A stretch of 64,000 nt of DNA, taken from contig JAQXEZ010000006.1 in the NCBI GenBank assembly GCA_029250605.1, positions 11,535 to 75,534 on the forward strand, in the 5' to 3' direction. This stretch comes from Candidatus Thalassarchaeaceae archaeon (GTDB lineage Archaea > Thermoplasmatota > Poseidoniia > Poseidoniales > Thalassarchaeaceae). Both the position numbers and the translations under genes were made by a program. The notes beneath the pieces were generated by a model. That model was not told the DNA's origin. It saw nothing but the letters and a program-made list of their open reading frames with translations, and did no database searches. Shown here one piece after another: positions 15,260-25,300 of this stretch (positions are counted from its first letter, which is position 1; each line of letters opens with the position of its first letter).

Positions 15260-17596
15260 ATGTCGAAGGCAAGATCAAAGGTGGCAATCATGGCTCTTGT
15301 GGCAATAGCTGCCATGCTTGCATTTCCATCGGCCCAGTCACTACCCGGAGGAATCTCTGGTGTACAGCAGTCAGGCTGCAACTGCCATGGAGCTGTCCCC
15401 TCAGATTCAGTGATGGCATCGATAGATGGCCTTCCGGAGAGCTACAACTACTCTGAAGAGTACGAGATAACCGTCTCCTTCCAAGGAGGCCCCAGCCAGG
15501 AAGGCAACGTGAACCAAGGCGGCTTCCACCTATGGGCGAGCGAAGGCACTCTTTCCGTGAACGACGCGACCGCACAGGTGTACAACCAGAACGAGGCGGG
15601 GCACACGGATGCGGGCAACGACCAGGTGTCGTGGACAGTGATGTGGACGGCACCTGCTACGGATAAAAACGTGGATTTCGTACTCCATGTCAACTCGGTC
15701 AACGGAAACGAAGACGGAGCAGGAGGAGGCACTTCGGGGGACATGTGGAGCAAAGCCGCAGTTTCCCTAGGAGGTCCGATAGAGGTCTTGGAGGCAGCCG
15801 ATCCGTTCGTCGTTCTCGGTGTTCTGATAATCGTCTCCGCGTCACTTCTTGCCATAACCCTCGCATACGTCTTCTACAGAAAGGACCCCGATGCTTTCGA
15901 CTGGGACAACTTCGCACCATGGCTCGCTGATTGGATGACTAGCACCGATCACAAGAGGATAGGCACCCTATACTTCGTCGCTGGACTGTTCTTCCTCGGG
16001 GTGGGCGGCATCATGGCGATGATCATCAGAATCCAACTCGCAGTTCCCGGTAACGACTTCCTAACCCAGGAGCAGTACAACCAGTTCTTCACCCTCCATG
16101 GGACGACCATGATCTTCCTGGCTGCTATGCCTATGATCAACGGCTTCGCAAACTGGATGATTCCACTTCAGCTGGGAGCAGCTGACTTGGCACTACCCAG
16201 GATCAACGCGATGTCATTTTGGTTACAGCCATTCGCAGCCCTTCTGATATTCACAGGTGTCTTCTCGGGCCACGGCGCAGACACGGGATGGACGGGATAC
16301 GCTCCCTACGTGGTAAGCGAGGGAGCTCACCATGGTACGACCATGTGGGCAGCAGGGCAGATCATGCTCGTGGCGTCTTCGACTCTAACTGGGATCAACT
16401 TCCTTACTACCATGGCCGTGATGAGGGCCCCTGGGATGGGATGGATGCAGATGCCTCTCTTCAGCTGGTCTATTCTGGTAGCCAACGTAATGCTATTCCT
16501 CTCAATTCCTGCTTTCGGGGTGGGGCTGATTCAGGTCTACCTGGATAGGGTAGTGGGAACCGCCTTCTACGACATTGCGGCCGGGGGTGACCCATTGCTG
16601 TGGAGTCACCTGTTCTGGTACTTCGGTCACCCAGAGGTCTACGTGGTCGTGGTTCCTTCGTTCGGGATTATCTCAGAGGTTATTGCCACCAGTTCCAGGA
16701 GGTCCGTCTTCGGATACAGATCGATGGTTTACGCGATGGCGGGCATTGGAATAGTTGCCTTCATCGTATACGGCCATCACATGTTCACCAGCGGGATGAG
16801 CCCTACACTCAGATTCGTGACGATGCTAACGACGATGCTGGTTGCCGTACCAACCGGAATCAAGGTGTTCAACTGGCTGATGACAATGCATGGTGGATCA
16901 CTGGTATACAGGACGCATACGCTGTGGGCCCTAGGATTCCTAGTAACCTTCACCCTTGGAGGGATCTCGGGCATGTTCTTCCCCTCGATAGCGATGGACA
17001 CCCACCTGCACGAATCCTACTTCGTAGTGGCTCACTTCCACTACGTCCTAGTTGGGGGGACCGTATTCGGCTTCTTCTCCGGGATCTACTACTGGTGGCC
17101 CAAGGCTACAGGGAAGATGCTGAGCGAGAAGCTCGGTGTGCTCCACTTCCTGACGGCTTTCGTCTCCTACAACGCCCTCTTCTGGCCAATGCACAGGCTG
17201 GGAGTCTGGGGGATGACACGCAGGCACCACACCTACTTCGTGACGACGGAGGAGGCCCTCGGCTCGTTGCCGATGGAAGCGGCGGGCTGGAACATGTTCA
17301 TCTCCGTCGCCGGCTTCCTCTTCTTCTTCTCGAACTTCATACTGGTGTTCAACATGATAGCCTCCTCAATCAGGGGGGAGGATGCTCCTGACGACCCATG
17401 GGGCGGATGGTCCTTCGAGTGGATGACCAGCTCACCACCACCGGCTCACACTCTCTACAAGCTAGATGACGGAAGTTGGGGGATACCCACGCTCAGGGAT
17501 GCCAATGAGCACATAGCGAACGAGCCTGGTTGGCTATCCACGTGGTTCGGGAAGCTATTGGTATCAGATGACGACACAGAGGAGGCGGCACATTGA
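15260..17596 (+). CDS. coxA: Haem-copper oxidase subunit I fused to an N-terminal exported CxxCH domain
   Basis: The canonical subunit I starts near nt 15930 (STDHKRIGTLYF, WFFGHPEVY-like FWYFGHPEVYVVV, HHMF, VAHFHYV). It is preceded by about 220 residues: a signal/anchor, a soluble domain with C-N-C-H (nt 15377-15388), and an extra TM helix. Confidence 0.9.
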   Translation: MSKARSKVAIMALVAIAAMLAFPSAQSLPGGISGVQQSGCNCHGAVPSDSVMASIDGLPESYNYSEEYEITVSFQGGPSQEGNVNQGGFHLWASEGTLSVNDATAQVYNQNEAGHTDAGNDQVSWTVMWTAPATDKNVDFVLHVNSVNGNEDGAGGGTSGDMWSKAAVSLGGPIEVLEAADPFVVLGVLIIVSASLLAITLAYVFYRKDPDAFDWDNFAPWLADWMTSTDHKRIGTLYFVAGLFFLGVGGIMAMIIRIQLAVPGNDFLTQEQYNQFFTLHGTTMIFLAAMPMINGFANWMIPLQLGAADLALPRINAMSFWLQPFAALLIFTGVFSGHGADTGWTGYAPYVVSEGAHHGTTMWAAGQIMLVASSTLTGINFLTTMAVMRAPGMGWMQMPLFSWSILVANVMLFLSIPAFGVGLIQVYLDRVVGTAFYDIAAGGDPLLWSHLFWYFGHPEVYVVVVPSFGIISEVIATSSRRSVFGYRSMVYAMAGIGIVAFIVYGHHMFTSGMSPTLRFVTMLTTMLVAVPTGIKVFNWLMTMHGGSLVYRTHTLWALGFLVTFTLGGISGMFFPSIAMDTHLHESYFVVAHFHYVLVGGTVFGFFSGIYYWWPKATGKMLSEKLGVLHFLTAFVSYNALFWPMHRLGVWGMTRRHHTYFVTTEEALGSLPMEAAGWNMFISVAGFLFFFSNFILVFNMIASSIRGEDAPDDPWGGWSFEWMTSSPPPAHTLYKLDDGSWGIPTLRDANEHIANEPGWLSTWFGKLLVSDDDTEEAAH

Positions 17597-18711
17597 GCCA
17601 AGACGACCACCATCATCCCAGTGCATGGGGACCGCATGACTGGAACCATGGAGCGCCCCACAACTCATGGGCGCCATTCATCCTGAGCATGGGGGTGGCC
17701 ATCTTCCTATTCGCCCTCGCCGGAGCCTTCGAGTGGGGCGAGTTCCAAGGATGGGGCAACGTCCCACTGATATTCGTCGGTCTCGGTGTGGTAGGATTCA
17801 GCCTGCTTGTCTGGTGGAGGCAGGACATGAGCTTCGGAATGAACGGAGAGGTCTTCGAGCCAAAATCGACTGGGACGCCGTTCCAGAACATAGACATCAG
17901 GAAGGTGGCGATGTGGGTTTTCCTTATGTCCGAGATGATGGTCTTCACATCCTTGTTCAGCACCTACATGAGGTACAGGTTCGGGATCCCCAACTGCCAG
18001 ACCGTATTCGAATCCGGTGAGTGGGTGGAGGGGACTGCAGTAACCTGCTTCGAACCAGCCAGCCACCTGATTGCCTCCAGTTGGTTCCACATCGCTCCCG
18101 GGGCCATCAACACATTCGCCCTGATCATCTCCTCCTTCACCATAGTTCAGGCACTTCGCTACGCGAAGATGAAGGACATCGAAGAGGATGTGAGGAGGAG
18201 GAAGATCACTCGCTACCTGGGAACTACCTGGTTCCTCGCCATACTGTTCCTGACCATGAAGATGATCGAGTGGTTCCTGGGCTTCCCTCTACCCGACTTC
18301 TTGCACGAGTTCAACCACGGGGACTCCTCCATCAAGTCCCTGTATGCAGAGGGCTACCTGATCAACGCGGACCACTACCAGCACCACGCATACGACACGC
18401 ACTACCTGGAGTCGCATGGGCATGGCCTTGACCATGATTCGGAGCTCTACGCCATGATGGAGGCCGGTACTCATCCAGGTGGCCACATGATGGCTGACAT
18501 CCAAGTCAGCGCCACCACCTTCTACGTCACCACGGGCACCCACGGCGCCCACGTCTTCGGTGGCATAATCGGGCTTAGCTACATGACCCTGAAGGCCGCC
18601 AAGGGAGGTTACACCCCTGACAACGCGGTCTCCATAGAGTACTTCGGCCTCTACTGGCACTTCGTGGACCTGGTGTGGGTCCTGGTCTTCCCGTTCTTCT
18701 ATCTATACTGA
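17593..18711 (+). CDS. coxC: Haem-copper oxidase subunit III with a His-rich insertion
   Basis: C-terminal signature THGAHVFGGIIGLSYM ... YWHFVDLVWVLVFPFFYLY. At 372 aa it is longer than the lengths I recall for subunit III. Confidence 0.85.
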   Translation: MSQDDHHHPSAWGPHDWNHGAPHNSWAPFILSMGVAIFLFALAGAFEWGEFQGWGNVPLIFVGLGVVGFSLLVWWRQDMSFGMNGEVFEPKSTGTPFQNIDIRKVAMWVFLMSEMMVFTSLFSTYMRYRFGIPNCQTVFESGEWVEGTAVTCFEPASHLIASSWFHIAPGAINTFALIISSFTIVQALRYAKMKDIEEDVRRRKITRYLGTTWFLAILFLTMKMIEWFLGFPLPDFLHEFNHGDSSIKSLYAEGYLINADHYQHHAYDTHYLESHGHGLDHDSELYAMMEAGTHPGGHMMADIQVSATTFYVTTGTHGAHVFGGIIGLSYMTLKAAKGGYTPDNAVSIEYFGLYWHFVDLVWVLVFPFFYLY

Positions 18712-18722
18712 GGTGAAATGAA

Positions 18723-19085
18723 ATGGCGCATTACAAGATTATGGGGCAAGACCCCTACTGGATGAACTTCTACGGACTGATGATACTGACCCTGATAGAG
18801 GTCCTCGCCGTCGGTGCTGACCTCGGCCCGGTGGCAGACTCACTCGGTACCGAGGAGAATGTGGTTACCCTCTGGATCCTTACGATAATCGCGATTCCGA
18901 AGTTCATCATGATCGCTGCTATTTTCATGCACCTCTATGGTGACGAGGACTCGGGGATACTGACCATGACCGCCCTATTCCCTGCCTTCTTCATCCTCAT
19001 CATGGTTCTGTTTGTCGGACTTACCCACCCAGACGCCCCCTCTAGCCTGCCGGACTGGTGCAGGCCAGGCAACTACGGACTCTAG
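18723..19085 (+). CDS. Small membrane subunit, prokaryotic cytochrome oxidase subunit IV-like
   Basis: Three hydrophobic helices with LTLIEVLAV and AAIFMHLYGDE motifs. It is the last gene of the cox operon. Confidence 0.55.
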   Translation: MAHYKIMGQDPYWMNFYGLMILTLIEVLAVGADLGPVADSLGTEENVVTLWILTIIAIPKFIMIAAIFMHLYGDEDSGILTMTALFPAFFILIMVLFVGLTHPDAPSSLPDWCRPGNYGL

Positions 19086-19126
19086 GCTGCAAGGTTCATC
19101 CGTGGTAGTCCTCACGCATACTCACT

Positions 19127-19212
19127 GCAGACGTCGCATAGCCTGGTATTGCGCCGGATTTGAAATCCGGTGTCCTAGTGACTCGGGAGTTCAAATCTCT
19201 CCGTCTGCGCCA
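19127..19212 (+). tRNA. tRNA-Ser (anticodon UGA), CCA encoded
   Basis: Acceptor GCAGACG/CGTCTGC. Anticodon stem CCGGA/TCCGG with loop TTTGAAA. Long variable arm (GTC-CTAGT-GAC). T-arm GGGAG-TTCAAAT-CTCTC. Discriminator G, then CCA. Confidence 0.9.
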
Positions 19213-19236
19213 ATAATACTGTCTCATGGGCGGGAG

Positions 19237-20082
19237 CTAGAACTGAGATGCCGAGGAGACGTATGCGCAGTGGTGACAGAACTCGCCCGCTTCAGGGGGC
19301 TCGGGAAGGTCCAGGCATTCCTTCGCACCTCTGACCAAACCGTCTACCCAATCTAAGTCAATCCTCTCGCCCTCTATCACAGTGCTGGGGTCGGCAGTGT
19401 CGATCTCGATCACCAACGCAGGCTTCAGGGGGATTCCCCGTGGGCTTCCCACAGAGCCATCCCGAAGCAGCGAGGATTCGGAGACGTTGCCGTTCTCGTA
19501 TACGAAGAACCCGCGTGTGGAAACCGGGTGCCCCAATTCCCTCAGGAGCCACTGATAGATTGCCATCTGTCGGACGTAAGACCCTTTGTATATGTCCTCG
19601 AGGAACAAATCTGCAGTCAGTTCTGCCTTTGTCGCCGTTGACTTGTAGTCGACCACGTACCACTCCTCCGAATCGCCGTCCTTCGACATCCAGATATCAT
19701 CGACTGCTCCGAAAACCTGCAATCCGTGACTCTGCACCCTGACTCCCTTGAAGTTCTCCCTCCACTCGTCCATCATATCGTGAGCTAGTGGGACCATGTG
19801 GCCTAGGCCCTTCTCTGACATGTACGGGTGAGGGGTTCCCGCCTCTCTGTGAACATCGAACTCCCTCTTCAGTAGGGTGTCGACTAGCGTGTTGAGGAGG
19901 AAAGATGGGATTCCCGGGGTGTCCACCCCCATGACTCTGTCAAGCCAGAAGCACCTGGGACACGCGTGGAACTTCTCGAGCCTAGAACGGCTGATTGGGA
20001 ACGGTTCTGGGGCCTCTTCCGTTCCGTACTTCGATTTCTGGGTCGAACGCTCCTTCCACTTCTTCCTGTCCTTGGTGACCAC
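19237..20082 (-). CDS. PD-(D/E)XK nuclease, Cas4/RecB-like, with Cys clusters
   Basis: GAVDDIW, VVDYKST (D...D/ExK) and QMAIYQWL (QxxxY). Cys pairs lie at both ends (CPRC near the N-terminus, CHHC at the C-terminus), consistent with an Fe-S or Zn site. Confidence 0.6.
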   Translation of the reverse strand: MVTKDRKKWKERSTQKSKYGTEEAPEPFPISRSRLEKFHACPRCFWLDRVMGVDTPGIPSFLLNTLVDTLLKREFDVHREAGTPHPYMSEKGLGHMVPLAHDMMDEWRENFKGVRVQSHGLQVFGAVDDIWMSKDGDSEEWYVVDYKSTATKAELTADLFLEDIYKGSYVRQMAIYQWLLRELGHPVSTRGFFVYENGNVSESSLLRDGSVGSPRGIPLKPALVIEIDTADPSTVIEGERIDLDWVDGLVRGAKECLDLPEPPEAGEFCHHCAYVSSASQF

Positions 20083-20122
20083 GTGAACTCGTGGGGGGGC
20101 TGTGCTTTGAAGGTGTGTAGAA

Positions 20123-21187
20123 CTACTCGTTAGGAATCGTAGCAGCCCCTCTTACCGTGAGTTGGTCATCATGGTACTGCATTGAGACTGGGGTCGTGAT
20201 GACTGCCTCGCCATCGACGTTAACGAACAGGGGCTCCCCCTCGGAGACATCTAGTTCGTACCTCTTTGCCGACTCCATGGTGACTCCCCACTTACCGACG
20301 TGCTTGCCCTTCTCCAGTGGCCCCATCAGCATCAGCATCCTGATCTTGGACAGGCCCCAGGCCATGACCAGGGAACAGTGGCCCTGCGTCGGCCTGGCTC
20401 CTGGCGCGACTCTGTAGCCGCCTCCGAAAGTCTGGCACTGGCTGAGGCAGAATAGTCCCGAGAGGTCAACATCCATCTTCTCGCCCCCATCGATCGAGAA
20501 CGTGCCACTCTGCTTCTTCCAGAATATCACCGCCTTAATCGCCAGGGCCGTGTACTTAGCCTGACCTCTGATCCACTTGAACTGCCCCTCGTCCTTCAGA
20601 CGGTTGACTACCGAGGTCACGCCGGCATCGCACTCGAGGAAGCTCCATCGGACCAAGTTGCCCTCGACGTCAGGCTGACCGTTACAGGAGAAGTGCTCTG
20701 GAGCTGCCTTGGTGGGGTGCTCTGGAGCTGGAGGCCCCTCGACCCTGACCGAGCCTACCCTGCGATCCTTTCCATTGGTTAGGATGTCGATTGCCCCTTG
20801 CATGTCCTTGAACTTGTTTCCCTTCGGCGTCGGAATCCCGTGTGCCCTCGCGTAGTCGTTCCCACTGCCAATTGGGAGTATGCCGAGGACCTTCTTCGAG
20901 CCCCTGAGTCCAGATGCCACCTCATGCACCGTCCCGTCTCCCCCTATGGCTACGACGAGCCCGTGGTCCTCCTCCCACAGGCTCTGCGCGATGTCCATCG
21001 CGTGCCCCGGGCCCTCCGTGTGGCGGAGGTCGATATCGAAGCCCGCCTCCTTGAGGGCCGGTTCGAACTTGTCCCACTGGCGCACGGAGAGGCCATCGCG
21101 GGCATTGGGATTGAGTATGCAGGCTATGCGAGTCACGCACTCCGAGAGCCCCCTTCCGACTTCAATCCTGCCGAAGCGAGGAATCAT
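20123..21187 (-). CDS. Diacylglycerol-kinase-family lipid kinase (YegS/DAGK catalytic domain)
   Basis: ILNPNARDG, VVAIGGDGTVHEVASGL, LGILPIGSGNDYA. Start placed at ATG 21187, because the ORF-track start at 21292 would overlap ribD. Confidence 0.75.
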   Translation of the reverse strand: MIPRFGRIEVGRGLSECVTRIACILNPNARDGLSVRQWDKFEPALKEAGFDIDLRHTEGPGHAMDIAQSLWEEDHGLVVAIGGDGTVHEVASGLRGSKKVLGILPIGSGNDYARAHGIPTPKGNKFKDMQGAIDILTNGKDRRVGSVRVEGPPAPEHPTKAAPEHFSCNGQPDVEGNLVRWSFLECDAGVTSVVNRLKDEGQFKWIRGQAKYTALAIKAVIFWKKQSGTFSIDGGEKMDVDLSGLFCLSQCQTFGGGYRVAPGARPTQGHCSLVMAWGLSKIRMLMLMGPLEKGKHVGKWGVTMESAKRYELDVSEGEPLFVNVDGEAVITTPVSMQYHDDQLTVRGAATIPNE

Positions 21188-21234
21188 GAGTAGGCCCCAC
21201 GACCGGTCATCACATGCCTGAGGGAGAGTCTCAC

Positions 21235-22287
21235 ATGCGGAGGGCAATCGAATTGGCCGAGAGGGGCCGACACCGAGTGATGCCCAACCCACTAGTCGGG
21301 TGCGTCCTAGTCAAGGACGGGGAGGTGGTCGCAGAGGGATGGCACGACCACATCGGCGGGCTCCATGCAGAGCAGATGGCGATCGCGGACGCTGAAGCCA
21401 AGGGAGTCACAACACGGGGAACCACCGCCTACGTGACGCTAGAGCCATGCAATCACTTCGGCAGGACGCCTCCTTGCACCGAGTCTCTATTGTGGGCAGG
21501 TGTGGAGAAGGTGGTGATTGGGGCAATGGACCCCAATCCGACAGTCAGGGGGGATGGTGCCATTATGCTAATGGAGAATGGCGTTGAAGTAACCACAGGA
21601 CTCCTCGGAGAATCCTGCGAAGAGAAGATGGGTGAATTCATACATTGGTGCAGGGAGAAAAGACCCCTTGTGACTCTGAAGGCATCTACTGACTCCAGAG
21701 GCAGGGTGGATGGGGGCCCCTCCGAACCTGCGAGAAGATTCAGCTCTACCGAGTCTCTTGAGATGTCTCACGCTTTGAGAGCCGACTCCATGGCAATTCT
21801 GGTAGGGGTGGGCACTGTGATCAGGGACAACCCATGCTTGACCGTTAGGGGGCCGGAAATCAATCCTAGGGACCACCCGCTAAGGGTTGTTCTGGACCCA
21901 AGAAACAGAATACCAGAAGGCTGTAGATTGCTATCGGACGGGGAAGCCCAGACCCTGCTGGTGCAGTCTTCTGAATTCGATAACTCACTGGATGCCCCCA
22001 ATGTCAGCCGTGCAGTCATACCAGGTCCAGACATTCCCATACCAAACCTCCTCCATATGCTGGGGGACATGGGAATACAGTCCCTCCTGGTCGAGGGAGG
22101 GGTCGAGACCTGGAAGAGGTTTCTTTCTTCAGAGCTAGTGGATAAGGCGAGAATATGCGTCTCTCCCCTGGAGCTTCCATCAGGCGGACAGGAATTCGAC
22201 ACAGATTTGACCGAGTTTGGGATGGAGAAAACCTCGGGGAGCAACGTCTCGGGCGATACAATTCAGTGGTGGAAGAAGGGGAGATAA
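21235..22287 (+). CDS. ribD: Bifunctional riboflavin biosynthesis protein RibD (deaminase/reductase)
   Basis: MRRAIELAERG..NPLVGCVLV, HAEQMAI, TLEPCNHFGRTPPC (CDA zinc site), and a C-terminal RibD reductase domain (LLVEGGVETWKRF). Confidence 0.85.
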   Translation: MRRAIELAERGRHRVMPNPLVGCVLVKDGEVVAEGWHDHIGGLHAEQMAIADAEAKGVTTRGTTAYVTLEPCNHFGRTPPCTESLLWAGVEKVVIGAMDPNPTVRGDGAIMLMENGVEVTTGLLGESCEEKMGEFIHWCREKRPLVTLKASTDSRGRVDGGPSEPARRFSSTESLEMSHALRADSMAILVGVGTVIRDNPCLTVRGPEINPRDHPLRVVLDPRNRIPEGCRLLSDGEAQTLLVQSSEFDNSLDAPNVSRAVIPGPDIPIPNLLHMLGDMGIQSLLVEGGVETWKRFLSSELVDKARICVSPLELPSGGQEFDTDLTEFGMEKTSGSNVSGDTIQWWKKGR

Positions 22288-22379
22288 TCCCCCTCTATTC
22301 TGTGAATTGTACAGGGTCTACGATTAAATATGACGGGTTAGCGGCGTCCATTTACATGTATAGCGAAAGCACTACACGA

Positions 22380-25300
22380 ATGACTAGAACACTGAGCATC
22401 AGCCTGATAATGCTGGTATCTGCACTTGCGCCTCTGGCGGCACCGGTGTCAGCAACCACTCCGGCATTGCCAGAACCACTCACCCTGGAGATGGATGATA
22501 ATGGAACATGGATCGGTGTCCCGCATCACTCAGATCCAATGACAGACGGCTTCATGGATGCCGGGACCTACGAGTTCAGGTTCACATCCATGAACCTGAC
22601 CTCCAACGACAACTACTCCTTGGAGTGGATGGCCGAGGTCTGCGAGTTTGGCGGTAACTGCTCGGAACCCGTCTTCGAAAATAGGAGCTGGACTGCGATG
22701 AGCGATTCCAGCGCGGAGCATTGGAACCTCACTCTCGGAGTCATGGATTGTGACGTGGAAATCAGCGCCAACCTGCAGAACGAGACGTCCGGTGACGAGT
22801 GGTGGTTTTCATGGAAGATCTACGGGCCATGCGGCAACACCGGAGACATCACCCTGGTAATGGACCTAGACGGGGATGGAACGGATGAATCCGTCGACGG
22901 TTTCGAATTCGACCAGAACATATCTCTCGACGCAGGCAACTACGATGCACACTTCGCGGTGGCAAATCTGACATCCACTGGCTCATACTCTCTGATGTGG
23001 ATCGTTGAGGCGGGAGGGGAACAATTTTCTGAATCGATGGCCAACTGGAGCGGCACCGATCCCGGATCACTGCTCGACTTCGACTTCGACGTACTGCTTA
23101 TGACTTGCGAAATATGGGTCCAAGCAGTTCTGATGGACGACTCAGGAGACGCAATCGGAGCCTTCGTGGCTCTCATGGAGGGTCCATGCATCGACCCCAT
23201 AACGGTGACCGTGTGGGACGAAGACGCTGGAGAGTGGAGGGACCTCGGTGGCTTCAACAACGAAGCCGAGTGGTATTCGTTCTGCTACTGGTCCGATGAG
23301 GACACCTTCTGGTTGTGCGGCGATGATTACGATGGCGACGGCGAGCTAGACTACGATGGAGATTGGTGGTACTACTGCGAGGAGACCAACGATGGGTGGT
23401 TGTGCACCGATTCGTTTGGCCAGAGCGAGGATCACGAGTTCACGGAGAACAACACACTCCTGACCCCGACCATGTTGGAAGAGGGAGTCTATGACGTAAT
23501 GGTGAACATCACCACCCTCAACACGAGCACTCACTACGCAGTGGTCATGGATCAACTTGACCCAGGATACGTGGAGTTCAACAGCACCTCAGAGAACTAC
23601 TCGATTACGGCCGAGCTGGAGGTTTTCCCTCACGACTGCGAAGGAGATATCTTCATCGGAGTCTGGGATGACCCCAGCAACTTCCCCAACGAGCGGCCAA
23701 CCATACACGATGGAGCCATGTTCATGGGGCCGTGCGAGGAACCGGTCTCCCCATTCACCCTGACCTACGACGGTATGGAGTGGGAGATGGACTACGATTA
23801 CATGTCGTTCGAGGACTGCACCGACAACGGTGACCAGTGGGAGTGCGAGGTCGAGTACGACTGGGACGGCGACGGCGAGACCGACGAGTACGGGTACTAC
23901 TACTTCGAACATGAAGACTGCGAGTGGTCCGAGAGCGACATGGTCTGGCACTGCATCATCGGTGGGATGCAACCTCACATCGAGGAGGGCAACCACACGA
24001 TGGTGCTCACGGTGGGGGACCTGATGGTCGGAACCAGCTACAGAGTTGATTGGAACACACAAATCTGTGAGTCCATGACTGGGTGCGACTACGATTCGGA
24101 CTCGTTCGAGTTCAACGCGACCGCCGAGGAGGTGTCCGAGACATTCTACCTGGAGACTGACAACCACACCTGCTCGATAAACATCGGCGTCAACCTGTAT
24201 GCGATGAACGATGACGGCTGGTGGAACTACATCGGCTGGGACAACTTCGGATTCGGAGGACCATGCGAGCAACCGCCCTCCAACATCGACCTGACCTACG
24301 AGCTAAACGGCTCCATGGTCGACTACGAGATGGACTACGATTACATGTCGTTCGAGGACTGCACCGACAACGGTGACCAGTGGGAGTGCGAGGTCGAGTA
24401 CGACTGGGACGGCGACGGCGAGACCGACGAGTACGGGTACTACTACTTCGAACATGAAGAATGCGAGTGGTCCGAGAGCGACATGGTCTGGCACTGCATC
24501 ATCGGTGAGATGCCTCCGACGATCTCAGAGGGAGACCTCGAGATGACCTTCGAGATAGTCGAGCTTGACGCCAATAAGGAATACAGGCTCGAGTGGACAG
24601 TCGTCACAATGGGAATGATGTCATACGATTATTTGCACCAAGGGGAGAATTTCACTGCGACCTCGGATGAGCACTCCGTAGACTACACTCACTGGGTGGA
24701 CAACTCCACCTGCGGGCTGAATGTCCACGCTTCGCTGTACGTGGCCCATGACTGGGACGGCGACGACATCACGGACGACTGGAGTTACATGGACTCCAAC
24801 GACTGGGTCTTCAGCGGGCCCTGCGAGGTGTCTTTCCCGGTGGAAATCACCCTGCAGATCGAGGACGACGGCACGTGGGAGGACGTCGAGGGCGTTGACC
24901 TGGCGGAACTCTTCTCCTCTGACGAAGAAGGCAACGAGGACGAGGGCCCCGAGACCGAGATGATACTTGGCTGGATGGGCTACCAAGTCGAAGATGCAGG
25001 GAACTACGCGATGAACCTGACCCTAGACGGACTCGAGGCTGGTGACCACTACACTCTGGTGTTAGGGGTGGGCCTACCGAACACAGGAGGCAGCACCTTC
25101 GTCTGCGGCAACGGTGACGAGATCCCCTTCGACTACGTCAACGACGAGGAGGAGGACTGCGAGGACGGAGCCGACGAGCAGCAGTACGACGACAACGGCG
25201 ACCCGATCAACTGGTTCGACTGCAACGACGGGTCAGAGGTCTGGATTTACCAGGTCAACGACGGAAATGATGACTGCCCCGACGGAGAGGACGAGGCCGG

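Noticed and set aside
23784-24513. Diversity-generating retroelement (TR/VR) interpretation of the 187-nt duplicate. Both mismatches have A in copy 2.
   Set aside because: Only 2 of many adenines differ. Both copies are in-frame parts of the same structural gene. No reverse transcriptase or accessory gene is present in the window. Gene conversion or duplication is simpler.
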